Part shown: one piece after another, positions 26,375 to 38,511 of the stretch
Layout of the letters: every line of letters begins with the position of its first letter
Numbering within the stretch: the first letter of the stretch is position 1
Source: Glaucostegus cemiculus
Taxonomy: Eukaryota
Assembly (NCBI GenBank): GCA_976551045.1
Contig: CDPCPM010000289.1
Coordinates: forward strand, 2,480,001-2,541,267
DNA length: 61,267 nucleotides
Direction: 5' to 3'
The notes under the pieces: generated by a model
The model's database searches: none
What the model was told of the DNA's origin: nothing
The model's input: only the letters and a program-made list of their open reading frames with translations
Made by a program: the position numbers and the translations under genes

Positions 26375-26830
26375 CAGTCAGAGTCATACAACATGGAACC
26401 GGATCACTACATCCACACCAACCAGTGGGCGCCCTTCCATATTAATCCCATCCACCAACTCTTGGCCCTTAGCCTTCAGTTCCTAGGTGAATCAAGTGCT
26501 CATCTAGACACTTCTTAAATGTTGTCAGTGACTCTGCTTCCACCACACTCTCCAGCAGTGCATTCCAGGTACCACTCTCTGGGTGAAGTCCCCCTCTGAT
26601 CTCCTCTAAATCTCTTACCCTAAATTTACATCCTTTAGTTTTATTCCCCTCTGACAAGGGAAAAAGATTCTTGCCCCTCAATTTATTATACCTCAAGGAC
26701 CCCTTAAGTCTCCTCTGCTCCAGGGAGAACAGACCAAGCCTCTCATGTCTCTCCTTATAACTAAAATGCTTTGTCACAGGCAACGTTCCAGTGAAGCTCC
26801 TCTACACTCACTCCAGTGCTATCACAGCTT
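26375..26830 (-). mobile_element. CR1 LINE 3' end
   Basis: SYKERHERLGLFSLEQRRLKG (ORF 26469..26783). Confidence 0.85.
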
Positions 26831-27938
26831 TGTCTGCTGGTGTGGATGAGAACTCCATAGGAACCAGGAGCAGGAACAAGCAGGGAGGCATACAGGCCAA
26901 AGCCGTCAACTTCACTGACACCCATCCACGACACTTAACACTGCCCCTCCACCATCTACAAACATACTGCAGTTACTCGTCAAGGCTAATCCAACAGTAC
27001 CTCTCAAATCTCTACCCCCAAAAACATCAGGCTCACTGGAACGTACACCATCCTGATTTTGAATGCATCAACCATATTTTCATTATTACTAGGTTCAAAC
27101 CCTACGACTCCCTCCCCAACAGCACCTTGGGAGCACTTCACCAGAAGGACTGTTGTCGTTCAGGCAGGTGGCTCACCACCACCTTCTCAAGGGCAGTTAA
27201 CCCCGGGCAGTAAATGCTGGACTTGCCAGTTAAGCCAGCGTCCTGGAAATGGACAAAATAAAAACAGAGGCAGCAGTGGTGTCAAGGGGTAGTGAGGATG
27301 TACAGCAGGGTTTTGACTCTGCACCCAAAATCCATGTGCCTTGATTAATGCTCTTGATGCCAGCACACAGATGAAATATGTTGGCTTCACACTTGCCAAT
27401 CACTTGCTTCTGGGGACATGCAACAGCTCCTGGGATCTTAATGTCCAAGCTTTGTTTAAATTCCTCCATGATCTAACCATCTCCTTCATCTCTATAATCT
27501 TAAGGTTGAAATTACAACTTTAAGCCACCTCCCCTGCTCCCTCATGATCCTGCTGCATTTTACTTTGTTAAAAACAATGCAACAGCAATGCTGGCTGCTA
27601 TGATGTATTAATGCTGTCCTACCAGTGATGGTCCAGTAGCACCACCATGGGGCAGAGAGCATTATTGCAGCTTTCATTCCCAACAAATGCTCCAGCACAG
27701 GAACTCACAAGAGAAAGTTAACAAGGGCAGAATTCAAGACTTTAAAATAGGAACTAAACTATATCCAAGAGCACTGGTCTAATTAGACATGCTAAGCTTC
27801 ACCTGAAAGTTGTACCATATCCAGAAGATAAGTTAATATTTTAGCAGTATTATATCCACAAATTTGTGATAATTATTTTCCCTGATCATGCATTTTTTGT
27901 TTCACAGAAACTTACATTTAAAAAAAAAGTGCCATTAC

Positions 27939-28033
27939 CTTTTTCAATTTATTTTCATACAGGAAGTACAGTAATTCATGTTCCTCTTCCGTGCACTGCT
28001 TGCTGAAAGGTAACGAATCAAGCAGCTCCTTCT
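27939..28033 (-). CDS. CDC16: CDC16 exon 7 (EKELLDSLPFSKQCTEEEHELLYFLYENKLKK)
   Basis: ctctacag| ... |gtaatg; 95 nt. Confidence 0.94.
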
Positions 28034-28618
28034 CTGTAGAGTAAAGTTTTACATGGAATTAACACATTGCCAAACGGACCCTGGTACACAGATCAACATG
28101 GTACATCCTGCTTCACCTCATTCATCACCCAGCAATGGGTGGCCTCCAGACCAACCCCTCCTGCTTACCTTAGCTTCCCACAAGTCTAAGTCATCAACTC
28201 ATGGCCTGGCATCTGAAGCAGAAATTGGCAGGTCAAACAAAGACTGGGCTCAAGCTGTGTAGACAGGAGCACTGGCCAAATCTGAACTCCATGTGTGAGG
28301 GAAGGTTACGAAGGAGCAGGGTGTGGAGATTTTCTGGGACGGTCCCAGGGATGAGAGACTTCAGCTGCGAGGCTGATCTCGGAGGAATGGTGGTTACGGG
28401 AGAGTTAGAGGTGTACACAATGAAAAGTATTGAGGGACCATCTTGGACAAGAGAGATACAAGAGACTGCAGATGCTGGAATCTGGAGCAAAAAACAAATT
28501 GCTGGAGGAAGTCAGTGGGCCAGAATGCATCCGTGAAGAGAAATGGACAGTCAGGGTTTTGGGTTGAGACCCTTCATCTGGACAATGGACTCAGTTTTCA
28601 TATCATACATATTAAAAT

Positions 28619-28880
28619 AACTGGTATTGGTATATTACTGTCACTTGTACTGAGGTACAGTGAAAAGCTTGTCTTACAAACCGATCGTACAGGTCAATTC
28701 ATTACACAGTGCAGTTACACTGAGTTAGTACAGAGTGCATTGATGTAGTACAGGTAAAAACAGTAACAGTACAGAGTAAAGTGTCCCAGCTACAGAGAAA
28801 GTGCAGTGCAATTAAGTGCAAGGTCACAACAAGGTAGATTGTGAGGTTATAGTCCATCTCATTGTTTAAGGGAACTGGAT
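28619..28880 (-). mobile_element. Rex1/Babar-like LINE 3' UTR fragment
   Basis: Same sequence as the 3' ends at about 39275-39480 and 56766-57020. Confidence 0.75.
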
Positions 28881-31241
28881 AAAGCAAAAGAAAAATTGAG
28901 ATCTTCTCTCTCTCCCCCAGTCCTTCTCTCCTTCTCTCCCCCAGCCCTTCTCTCCCCAGCCTTCTCCCAACAACCCCCACTCCCCTCCCCCAAAGAGGGG
29001 CATAGGATTGTGCTGATCTGGAATGTGCCCTCTGCAGGGACAGAGGATTCAGATTTTCAAAATCTCTTAAAAAGCATTGGCATGTTGCTGAAGACATCTG
29101 CAGGATTAAGTGAAAGGCCTTTGACCACACACAAAACTAGTCTCCATGCTGCAAGATTTAAATCACACTCACCTGATTTCCATTTTAAAACTCTAGTTGT
29201 GGTTAAACAGGGAGAGATAGCTGGAAGCACACTGCTGACTTGCTCAGCCTCCAAAAGGAATGAGAAAAATTGGACACATTTTCAATTCTGACCCAGAATG
29301 TTGACCCCTACACAGCCTGACCAACCTACTTCCCAAGATGCCTCATGCAAGTTCAGTTAGACTGCTATCATGTTATTAACTGATAGCTATTGTAGAACAA
29401 AGCTCAGAGCAGAGGCTAGAAAATGGAAAGTGTCACAGAACTCCTTTCTTACTGACACGCAGACCGTTTCCAATAGACTGTTGCTGTTTATGTTTCATTT
29501 CTTTATCACATTACTAGCATCCCTTTAATCATTTAACCAAGCTCGCCTTGCCCCTGCCCTTCCTCCCTCCCCCTCACATCATGCACTACGCTTTAGTGCC
29601 TGGCCTTCCTTCTGGACCTGCCTAAAACTTAAGCATCATTTTCTCATTCAAGGACAACAAACTGAACCAAACCTTTCCTCCCTACAGATGCTGCCTAACC
29701 CACAGCTACTCCTTGCACTTTCAATTTCTCCTTGATCCATTTGCTCCAAGGATAGGGGTTCAGAGATTTCCTGTACCAACAAAGCCCTTGCCTCTGACAC
29801 AATAAACCATTCAGCAAAGTGGAAGTCCCTTTCTGAAGTTCTCTCAGAAGCTTGGCTCTTAAAACAACATCATTGCCTGAAATCAAAGGAAAATGACACC
29901 AACAAACGAAATCTCAATTCATTCTTCAACCCGCAAGACCTGACGGGAGGAGAGGGTAAGCACGTCAACGGTTATTTGCATCGTTCAAAACAAAAACTAT
30001 TTTACATCCCTCAGAAACAACCACTATTAACACACTGACACATACATCACCTTTCCCACTTTTTATTCCAATAACACAATTATAATGGACATTTTCTGTA
30101 TAAACGGCAGGCAGTACTTCACAGACAAGAGTTGTGATTACAGCACCAGATTACATGGGCAGTTTCTGCTACAGCTGTAGAGAGTGAAAATATTTGGCAC
30201 CAAACCTTCTTCCGGTGATTAGGACCAAAAGTTTGAGGAAATGGCTGTGTAAATGTTACAACTGTTTCTCTAACCTTGTATTTACAACCTTCAAGCTCAG
30301 CAGCAGTCTTGGATTGCTTCCTGTACACAAATATAGCTGACAGCTTATGCACTGACCCCAGGTACCCCTCACAATAAAGAATGCTCTTTAACCTACCTAC
30401 TTGCCTGAAATAACTTCAGCGACTTTCAGGCTGGGCTAGCAGATTGACAGCCTTCACAGTGACAGGACTGAGAGCAGACCATTCAGCTCCTCAAGCCATT
30501 CAAAACTGGCAAATGCAATTATAGGGAAGCTGGACAAGGTACGTACGAGGGAGACAGGAATAGGAGGCAGTGCGGTCAAGATGAGAAGAGGTACAAGAAG
30601 CCAATGTGGAGCAGCCCACACCAGACAGGCCAAATGGCCTGCTTCAGTGCCACGAGCACTTTGTACTGTCACATTCACATTTTGGCTTAGTTGTAACACT
30701 CACACGTCTGAAGGTCATGGGTTCAAATCCTGAGACTTGAGCCGAAAATAAAGGTCACATCCCTGTACAGTAGTATCGAGGGAGTCCAGCACTGACGGAG
30801 GAAGAGACATTAAACGGAGACGTTCTGTGCCCTCTCCAGTGGGGGTAAACACCTGGCACCATTTAGAAGAGCAGGGGGCTTCCTGTGGAGCCCTGGCCAA
30901 CACTTATCCTTCAACCAGCAGCTCTGAAATAGACTATCCAGTCATCTGCTCATTGCAGTTTTTGGGGATCTACACACTGGCCGCCAGGTTTCCTTCCACA
31001 GTCTCCATCAGAAGTATTTCCTTGGTTGTAAAGTGCATTGGGACATCTCGTGGAGGTTGTGAAAGGGGCTGGAGAAATATGTCTGAAACATTTATCTGAG
31101 GGGTGAAAGGAAGTGGTTCTTGAGGCAGCTGGGAGCCTTCAGGCAAGTCAGTCAGAGTGCAGCACACCTGAACGACCCAAGCTGCTTATTAACTCAGTGG
31201 ACTACCTCAGTTTTCATTAACCAAACAAATGTGTAACAAAC

Positions 31242-31401
31242 CTTCCTGTGCTGTCAACATGTGGTGTGATGTCAATAGGTCAAACGCTTCAAAGCAACAC
31301 ACATCAAGCTTCAGTGCCTCTCTGTAGCTGTTGGTGGCCAGGGGCCGATTATCCATGGCATCATAGATCTTCCCTCGTAAGAGGCAAATCGAGCTTTTAA
31401 T
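31242..31401 (-). CDS. CDC16: CDC16 exon 6 (IKSSICLLRGKIYDAMDNR...HHMLTAQE)
   Basis: tcttggtag| ... |gtttgt; 160 nt. Confidence 0.95.
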
Positions 31402-32396
31402 CTACCAAGAAACATTCCAGCAGGTTAAAAAGTGATCAATACTATTCAACGAGAAATGTCAGTACACACACTTTGCACAGGAACTTTGAACCAGTGAGCA
31501 TACAGAACAATTTTAAATACAATTGTTTAACATAAATACATCACCAACAAGAATTTCAAAATACCTAAATACACAGGTACGCAGGAGAAGCCAATCAGCC
31601 CCTTGCACCTCCTCTGTCGTGCAAATAGTTTACGACTGATTAGTTCCTCAATTCCACCTTCTCACTATTGCTCTATTACTTTTGTCTCAAAACATTTACG
31701 AGTCTCAGTCTTGAAAATTCCATTAATCTCCCGCATCCAAAGCCTTTTAAATGAATAATATTCTTGATATAATCCTGTGAAAAATATTCCCTGGCTGAAA
31801 TCCACACTCACTTATTCCTAGATCTAACTGGTGTGTTTTTAGGATTGTGATTTAGAATTATTTAACTTGCCATGTTACAATGTTACACACTGGGAACCAT
31901 TAACAGATGATAGGCAGATTTCAGTCTGAATCCAGGATTTAAGTAGCTTTGCTGAATTTAAGTTGCAGAATTAATGCTGAAGAATTGATGTGTATTAATG
32001 GTTAAAGGGGTCAAATGTCAATCCAGCAATCACCACAAACTTAAAACCGATTTGCCCCAAGCTTCCACGAAAAAGCCAAGAGTTGATCACTGACGGATTT
32101 CCCTGCACTTATGCACTCCAGCTTCTGAATGTGACCAGCTTCAACCTGGCACAAGTCCGGCAACTCAACTCATTTCCATAGAAAGAGGGCAGGTAGGAAG
32201 CTACAAGTAATTTAAATTAAAACAATTTCTTTGATTTGAGTTAGTTATTTTTAAAGTGTTACCTAGTGCTTTAATTTGATTACTTTTGAAAATGTATCAG
32301 TATATTTAATGTTTAATGGTTCTGCCAAGGTTGTGAACATCAGAAGACACTGTCCCTACGAAGCAGCAGGGACCACAACAGAACCATTCCACTCAC

Positions 32397-32537
32397 CGCA
32401 GCTGGAGACAGCCCCCAGTCAATCGAAGCTTCTTTAACTTTGTTGTCATCTTTGGCACTCTTCTCCAGGATTATCTTGTTGATGGGTTCCTGCATATCCA
32501 GAATATCGAGGGCTTGCTGATATTCCTTGGCTGCATA
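32397..32537 (-). CDS. CDC16: CDC16 exon 5 (YAAKEYQQALDILDMQEPINK...WGLSPAA)
   Basis: ttggttgcaaag| ... |gtgagt; 141 nt; overlaps ORF 32340..32573. Confidence 0.94.
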
Positions 32538-35127
32538 CTTTGCAACCAAAAAATAAAAGACAAAAGTTAGCACAGAAGTTAATACAGATGGGGCAATGAG
32601 GGCAAAGATCTGCCAGAATCTTACTGAATGGTAGAGCAGGTGAGAGGGGCTGAATGGCCTACTTTTGTTTCTAAAAGTCCAATAAAGGAGAAATAATCAT
32701 CAACAGAGCTATCGCAACACAGGGTATGTTAATTAACCATTTAAATTTTCTACTAGGGGAGAAACTCTCCCAATGATATCTTGACAGGAGACTACAGTAG
32801 GAGTTAAATCTACAACCACGAACTCAGACACAAGCACACTAACCAGCAGGCTACAGCTGACATACACAATGGAGCAAACAGCGAGACTGCAGATAAATAC
32901 TGCAACAATCAGCCAGTGCTTGTTACTCAAAACTCGCAAGAATTCTTTGCAAAATAGCAAATAGAAACTCAGGCACTGAAAATTTTACACAAAGTCGTCT
33001 TTATAATATCAGGAATCAGCTTGTTGTATTGTCATCAAATCTGTTTCTGTCGGGGGGGTATGGAATTCACACACATTACGGACACAACACTGACAACTGG
33101 TGAAAGGTATTCTACTGAACTTCATTCAGACATTTAACTGCACATGCTCACAGCTTACACAGAATGCTGTCCATCAAGATCGGGTGATCAGTCTCAGTCT
33201 GACTTAAAGTACCCAGCATTGTCTGAAGCCCAGGTTTGGGGTCTCTTCTCCGGAGCGTTGGTCCCAGGTTTTGGTAAGGAATTGAGTCCTTCTTCTAAGA
33301 CCCCCTCTCATTCCTCCATCTTCCTTGTTAACACTACAGGATGCTAGGTGCACAGGAATGCACCAGCACTTTAAATGTCCACCACCAGCTCGTTCACTTT
33401 AATAACTATTTATTTAATTACCTGCCGTATTTAATTTAACCTGCCGTATTTAATTTAATTTAAACTTCCATAGTTTTTAATGTTTTTTTTGTTCAGTGTG
33501 CCTGTGTGTCTCTGCTGTTTGTTATTTAATGGGACAAGCACCTGAGGAGGACGGTATCTCGCTCCTATGCATACTATGTATGTATATGGTTGTGACAATA
33601 AAACTGATTCTGATTCCCTCCTAGTCTTTCCATTCTCCATCAATGAACTGTTTCCCATTGTTAATTTGGACAAGGCCAGACCCATTCCAGCCATCTCTGT
33701 CCCACTGTAAGTGGGCTGGTTGTCACAGCATCACCTTCCACTTTACCACTGTGTAGCACTGTCGTTATCAGTGTTGAGCTAATCAGGAGAATGTGGCATT
33801 GATTGCTCCTGAAATGTCACAGCAAGGCCAGATGAAGGGCCTCAACCCGAAACGTCAGCTGTCCATTTCAGATGCTGCCTGAACCGCTGAGCTCCTCCAG
33901 CAGTTCGATTTTTCCTCCAATTTGCAGCATCTGCAGTTGCTCATATCTCCACATCATACAAAGATGACAACGTCCTATCATTTAAATGTTTCTCCATCTT
34001 TACTTAAGTTTTGGTTATCTCCATTACCATGGGAACAGACCAGAGAGCGAATGAGACTTTGGTTTGGATCAGGAACATCTCCTGATTACACCTCTGGGGG
34101 AGAATGGAACTACGGAAAGCGTCCTCTACGCAGCACAGATCTACGAAGCCTGATATGGCTTCCACAGTGAACTAGTTCTGGGGTCTTCGGTATCTGCTGC
34201 ATCCTTCACCCAAGCTGGACAGCTCCAGAGAAATTACCAGCAGTGGAACTGCTGAACGCTCAACAATCACAACCCGGCCAGTTCATTTTTGCTCCTTTGT
34301 GGTCCCCTAAAATGATCGTACTGCAGTGCCACCTAACCTCGAAGATTAAACGCTACCAATGGGTAGATCCAGAAACTCCAGCAGGGGAAGAGTTTGGGAT
34401 CCAGAGGTCCAGGTCACCAGGTACAACCCAGTTGCCACACATCTCAGAATCACGTCTCAAAACATTATTTCTCTTGAACTCTATCTATCTACTTTATTAC
34501 TCTATTACTTATCATTATCATCATTACCATTACTTACCATATCTCATTAGAATGAAGTAATAAAGCACAGCGCAGAAACAGGTCCATCAGCCGACACATC
34601 CATGATGACTTTTTTGCCCTTTTACGCTGGTTCCATTTGCCCACAGATATAACTGATCTTGCCTATCTAAATATCTCTTAAATGTACTGATTGTGTCTGC
34701 CTTCACCACCTCTTCCGGATACGAACCACGCTCTGTGTGGGAAACTTTCCCCTCAGATCCCCTTACCACCTCCACCCTCGCACCTTAAACCTATACCCTC
34801 TTGTTTCTGACACCACTACCATGGAAGGGAACAGTACTCCACCCCCACCTGCCCCAGGGCAGCATATTCCATGGGGTTAAAAATAAATTATAGCTCAGTG
34901 AAATTAACTTCTGCAGATTAGTTTTGAACTTCCCCCTCAAATGCGGATCACAACATCTGTTATTCATCTCCCTCAGGTCCTGAAGTAACAATCAGGTCAT
35001 CATCCAAACATCCCTACCCTGAGCAAACATGCTCTTTGATGAATTCATCAGAAACTGTACACAGGCACACCGGCAAACCTGACTTTTAAGGAATATTTAT
35101 AAATGGCGTAAAATATACTGTACTCAC

Positions 35128-35166
35128 ATGACAAAGGGCAGCAAAATACCGACAGGCTCCATATAA
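35128..35166 (-). CDS. CDC16: CDC16 exon 4 (LYGACRYFAALCH)
   Basis: ttttccctcag| ... |gtgagt; 39 nt. Confidence 0.93.
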
Positions 35167-35679
35167 CTGAGGGAAAAGAGAGACATTTAATGCCAACCTG
35201 TAAATGTTTGCCATTTTCTGCAAAAATTAAAATTGTCCATTGAAAATGCTGTCAATTCAGCCACGTGATTAGACTTGTTAAAGAAAATACACCTAATACA
35301 ATACTGAGGAGGTGGCAGGTGGAGAAGACATTCGGCATTAAGTTGCTGATGTAAATGACATGAGAATTCCATCCAGATCAATAGGGTTCTATGCCCCAGT
35401 CTAATACTAACATATCCCCAGTATGGTATTAGGAACAGTTGGCTGTGGGCTGTTAATTTCAAGAACAAGGTGACGATGACAAGATCTGAAAGCATACTGT
35501 TCATGCAAAGCACTGAAAAGTTCATCAGCCGTCTTAAGGAAGCACACGCAGTCTAGTTTGCTGAAAATCACATCACCTCAGGTCTGACAAACAGGCTGAG
35601 ACAAAAGCATTGATGAACAACTGCATAATTCGTAGCAGCTGAAATGAGAACAGAATGGATGCTGGAGGGAAATCCCTAC

Positions 35680-35777
35680 CTTGTCGAGCTTGCGGGATCG
35701 AATAGCATGAGCAGCTCTGTGGTACTGGGCTGTGAGGTAAAGACACTGGGACAGCCAGTAGATATCCTGGGGCTCCT
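35680..35777 (-). CDS. CDC16: CDC16 exon 3 (EEPQDIYWLSQCLYLTAQYHRAAHAIRSRKLDK)
   Basis: tattgtag| ... |gtaggg; 98 nt. Confidence 0.95.
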
Positions 35778-35910
35778 CTACAATACAATTGCAGCAATAT
35801 TATACAGCTGAAGCACTCTCAAACAAAACAATATGCAGCAAGCAACACTGGGGAAATAAATTCAGTGACACGGGAGATTCTGCAGATGCTGTAATCTGGA
35901 GGAACTCACG

Positions 35911-36082
35911 CAGAATTCTGGAGGAACTCAGCAGGTCAGGCAGCATCTATGGAGGGAGATGGACGGTTGACATTTTGGGCAGAGACCTTCATCAGTCCTG
36001 TTGAAGAGCCTCGGCTCAATACAATGACTGTTATTTCCCTCCATAGATGCTGCCTGACCCGCTGAGTTCCTCCAGCATTCTG
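35911..36082. repeat. Inverted repeat with 47-bp arms (45/47 matched), made of head-to-head Penelope-like termini
   Basis: 35911-35957 is the reverse complement of 36036-36082 with two mismatches. Confidence 0.9.
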
Positions 36083-36925
36083 TGTGTGAAACTAATTCAG
36101 TGCTCCCTGCAGAATGGCAAAATAAAAATACCATATTCACTCCTGATGCTGAAATAGCATATCTACATCGCTGGGTCACACTTCATGCAACTAAACATTT
36201 CAAGTACAATTAGAAATTAAAATCCAAACAAATATTTCTATCCTTTTATCCCTCATTCCATTTATTTAACTTGGTTATTTTACCTCAAATTATATCCAAA
36301 TTTTTTTTTTTAGAATGTTTGAACTTTTGAACTCACATCTACGCCCCAGACATCCACAACAGACACACCTTTGCATCATCTAAGTTCAAGAGGGTAGAAG
36401 CTGGAAATGGGAATCAGAGCTGAGCCTGGACTCATGTTGTGTTAAAGTGATTACTCTACTGGAATAGCCATCCAGAAGCCGACATTACTGATCTGCAGAC
36501 ATTAAAATCTTCTGAGTAGACAAGGAAATTTGAAAGCAATTAATTAAAATAAAAATTAGTCCAGTATCAATACTGGAGGCTATGAAGATACAGGCTCTGC
36601 AAAATTCCATTCAGTTCACCAGTCCTCTTTGGGCGTTCAAACCTGCTGTCCTTGCCTGGCCTGGACTGACCTTTGTGACTCCAGACCCAACAAAGTGGTT
36701 GAGTCTTAAGTGCCCTCTGAGATGACCAAACAGGTAACTAGGTGCATAAAATGCCAACATCCCCAAGAACCCACGAATGACTGGTGCGAGGGTTGACAGA
36801 TGACGATCTAAAAGGATCTGCAGTTCTGGCAGCCCAAGAACTCCAGTGAAGCACGAGGTCAGGCACTGATCACACCCTCACCCTGGGCACCAACGTCTAA
36901 CCCGAAGGAAGGAAAGCAGGCTCAC

Positions 36926-36980
36926 CGTGTGAGAGAGAAGCAACCTTGTCAGCCCAGAACAGCGCACTCTGGTATTGTTG
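36926..36980 (-). CDS. CDC16: CDC16 exon 2 (QQYQSALFWADKVASLSH)
   Basis: ctttctgcag| ... |gtgag; 55 nt. Confidence 0.95.
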
Positions 36981-37240
36981 CTGCAGAAAGCCAGATAATG
37001 AAAGTGTTATCAACGTGACACTCGCTGAATAGTTTTGGAGGTGCAAACTGACGAGGGAGCGCTGCCAGTGAGGGAGACTGGAGGGGCTGCTGGGGCGGGG
37101 GGATGTAAGGAGAGGTCGGAGGAGTGATGGCAGGGGGACGGAGCACCTGCCGGGGATGCCCGAGGGAGAGCCACACTGCCAGAGGGGTAGTGCTGGCCTG
37201 GGAGACAGTGTGGTGTAGTGCACGGAGACCCACACACACA

Positions 37241-38105
37241 ACTGATCCAGGTACAATATCACCCACCCCACCGATCCGGGTACAACCACCCACACCCCCA
37301 CGCAGCTGGTCGGGGTACAGCTGCCCATCCCGCACCGCCGTGCACCCGGTCCGGGTACAGCCGGACACCTCACACCCCCGGTCCGGGTACAGCCGGACAC
37401 CCCACACCACACACCCCTGGTCCGGGTACAGCCGGACACCCCACACCCCCGGTCCGGGTACAGCCGGACACCCCACACCCCCGGTCCGGGTACAGCCGGA
37501 CACCCCACACCACACACCCCTGGTCCGGGTACAGCCGGACATCCCACATCCCACACCCCCGGTCCGGGTACAGCCGGACACCCCACACCACACACCCCTG
37601 GTCCGGGTACAGCCGGACATCCCACATCCCACACCCCCGGTCCGGGTACAGCCGGACACCCCACACCCCCGGTCCGGGTACAGCCGGACACCTCACACCC
37701 CACACCCCCGGTCCGGGTACAGCCGGACACCCCACACCCCACACCCCCGGTCCGGGTACAGCCGGACACCCCACACCCCCGGTCCGGGTACAGCCGGACA
37801 CCCCACACCCCACACCCCCGGTCCGGGTACAGCCGGACACCCCACACCCCCGGTCCGGGTACAGCCGGACACCCCACACCACACACCCCTGGTCCGGGTA
37901 CAGCCGGACACCCCACACCCCCGGTCCGGGTACAGCCGGACACCCCACACCACACACCCCTGGTCCGGGTACAGCCGGACACCCCACACCCCCGGTCCGG
38001 GTACAGCCGGACACCCCACACCCCCGGTCCGGGTACAGCCGGACACCCCACACCCCCGGTCCGGGTACAACCCCACACCCCTGGTCCGGGTACAACCCCA
38101 CACAC
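37241..38105. repeat. 32/39-bp minisatellite in CDC16 intron 1 (about 20 full units, 2 short, 3 degenerate)
   Basis: Core GGTCCGGGTACAGCCGGACACCCCACACCCCC repeated, with optional 7-bp inserts. Confidence 0.97.
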
Positions 38106-38171
38106 CTGGTCCAGGTACAGGCGGACCCGCCGCCGCAGCCGCTCCCGGTCCCCGCGCTGTTTCTGGCTCAT
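38106..38171 (-). CDS. CDC16: CDC16 coding exon 1 (MSQKQRGDRERLRRRVRLYLDQ)
   Basis: ATG in ACAATGA context; matches recalled MNLERLRKRVRQYLDQ; donor CAG|GTGTGT; 66 nt. Confidence 0.9.
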
Positions 38172-38500
38172 TGTCCCCGCTCCGCCGCCACTTCCGGCCG
38201 CCGCCTTTCCGCCACCCAGTCCCTTCCCCCGGAGCGCCAGGATCCGCACGAAACGTCCTACCCGGCGGAAGGCTTCAGGCGCGGAGCGAGCGGGAGGGGG
38301 CGGGGTTTCCCAATGATTGGCACCGGCGGCAGCGGCGGCAGCGGCGGGAACCGGCCCGACCCTCCGTCTGACCCCGGGAGATCCGCCCGGCGACGGCTGA
38401 GGTGAGGCGGCAACGGGCCGGCCGGACCGGGCCTGGTCACCAGGGCAACGCTGCAGCGGCGGGACCCGACTCTCCTTTGGTGCTGAAAGCTGCGGCCTGA
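38110..38500. promoter_or_regulatory. CpG-island promoter of CDC16
   Basis: Very high GC and CpG density; ETS motif ACTTCCGG 38190-38197; GC box GGGGCGGGG 38297-38305; opposed CCAAT boxes CCAATGATTGG 38310-38320. Confidence 0.85.
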
Positions 38501-38511
38501 CCTCTGGGCAG

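Larger units (their letters stand above)
903..38171 (-). other. CDC16: CDC16 (APC6, anaphase-promoting complex TPR subunit) gene span, coding exons 1-17; last exon outside window to the left
   Basis: 17 exons with GT-AG boundaries join in one frame (1624 nt) into a protein matching recalled vertebrate CDC16 (e.g. QQYQSALFWADKVASLS, YNKPSETLIPESVDGLQDNLDVVVS, VSWFAVGCYYLMVGHKNEHARRYLS). Confidence 0.97.

Noticed and set aside
903-38171. U12-type introns in CDC16
   Set aside because: No donor matches RTATCCTT; all are ordinary GT-AG
37124-38405. Plus-strand ORFs of 415 and 395 aa
   Set aside because: Translations of the intron-1 minisatellite and CpG island; no domain or splice support
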